Positions 63,279-64,000 of a stretch of DNA of 64,000 bases are shown in pieces; within the stretch, counting starts at the first letter, position 1, and each line of letters starts with the position of its first letter. The position numbers were made by a program, and so were the translations under genes. The stretch covers positions 32,949,947-33,013,946 of the forward strand of contig NC_057725.1 in NCBI RefSeq assembly GCF_004010195.1. Reading direction: 5' to 3'. The DNA comes from Chiloscyllium plagiosum (lineage: Eukaryota). The notes beneath the pieces are model-generated. The model was given only the letters and a program-made list of their open reading frames with translations. It had not been told where the DNA came from and did no database searches.

Positions 63279-64000
63279 GCACATCTGTTTTAATGAAATG
63301 AGTAAGATAGGTAAGGCAGATGAATTTAGAGCCCGGATTAATACATATAACAATGATATTGTAGCTATTACAGAGACTTAGTTGAGGGAGGGAGAAGACT
63401 GGCAGCTTCACATTCGGGATTTAAGTGGTTCAGCTGAGATAGAGAAAGATGTAAAAGATGTGGGGGAGTTGTCTTACTGATCAAGGAAAATATTACAGCT
63501 GTACTGAGGGAGGACACCTTGGAGGGTTCATCCGCGAGGCCATATGGTTAGAGTTCAGGAATAGGATGGATACATTCACTTTGATGAGATTGCATTGCAG
63601 GCTTCACAACAGCCAGTGGGTGACAGAGGAACAGGTATGTGGACAGTTTATGGATAAATATGAAGACAACAAGGTTGTTGTGGTGGGTGATTTCAATGTC
63701 CCCTACATTGACTGGGGCTCACTTAGTGCCAGGAGCTTAGATGGGGAAGGCTTTGTTCAGTGTATCCAGGAGAGCTTTTTGAAACAATGTGCAAATAGTC
63801 CAACTAGGGAAGAGGCCATATGGCACAGGGGATTGAGCCGAGCTAGGTGTTTGAAGTTACAGTGGGGGAGCACTTCGGGACCAGTGACCATAATTCTGTA
63901 AGTTTTAAATCATTTATGGACAAGGATAAGAGTAGGTGAAAGTACTAAATTGGGGGAATGTTAACAACCACAATATGAGGCAGGAACTGGGGAATGTAGA
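63279..64000 (+). mobile_element. CR1 endonuclease region, runs off the right edge
   Basis: DIVAITET, VVVVGDFNVPYIDW, FLKQCANSPTREEA. Confidence 0.9.

Overview
Vertebrate genomic DNA, very likely from a cartilaginous fish (shark), judged from HE1/V-SINE-type SINEs, CR1 LINEs, Penelope-like remnants and an L1-clade element; four N-gaps are present. One spliced gene can be read on the minus strand: a B7-H6/NCR3LG1-like immunoglobulin-superfamily membrane protein with an IgV exon (45081-45419), IgC1 exon (42940-43296), transmembrane exon (39794-39895) and a 96-nt cytoplasmic exon (37532-37627); the leader exon was not identified with certainty. Downstream in transcript direction (1-35.5 kb) lies a tandem array of ~1.9-kb units that looks like a macrosatellite. 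Each unit carries one AG/GT-bounded, phase-1 symmetric micro-exon (usually 81 nt) coding an acidic 27-aa repeat (consensus GSQNVSEQPEASVGNGQPSAEDDSKEK). Thirteen copies are intact and stop-free, two of them with in-frame 15- and 18-nt deletions; the two copies nearest the gene carry stops. The best reading is a B7-H6-like gene whose tail has been extended by at least 340 aa through serial exon-plus-intron duplication, running off the left edge of the window. This is inferred from DNA only and needs transcript evidence. Also notable: a near full-length CR1 with a twin-priming-type 5' inversion, a minimal hammerhead ribozyme motif in a Penelope-like end, a TSD-flanked Penelope hairpin, a solo LTR and a full-length L1 nested in a CR1.
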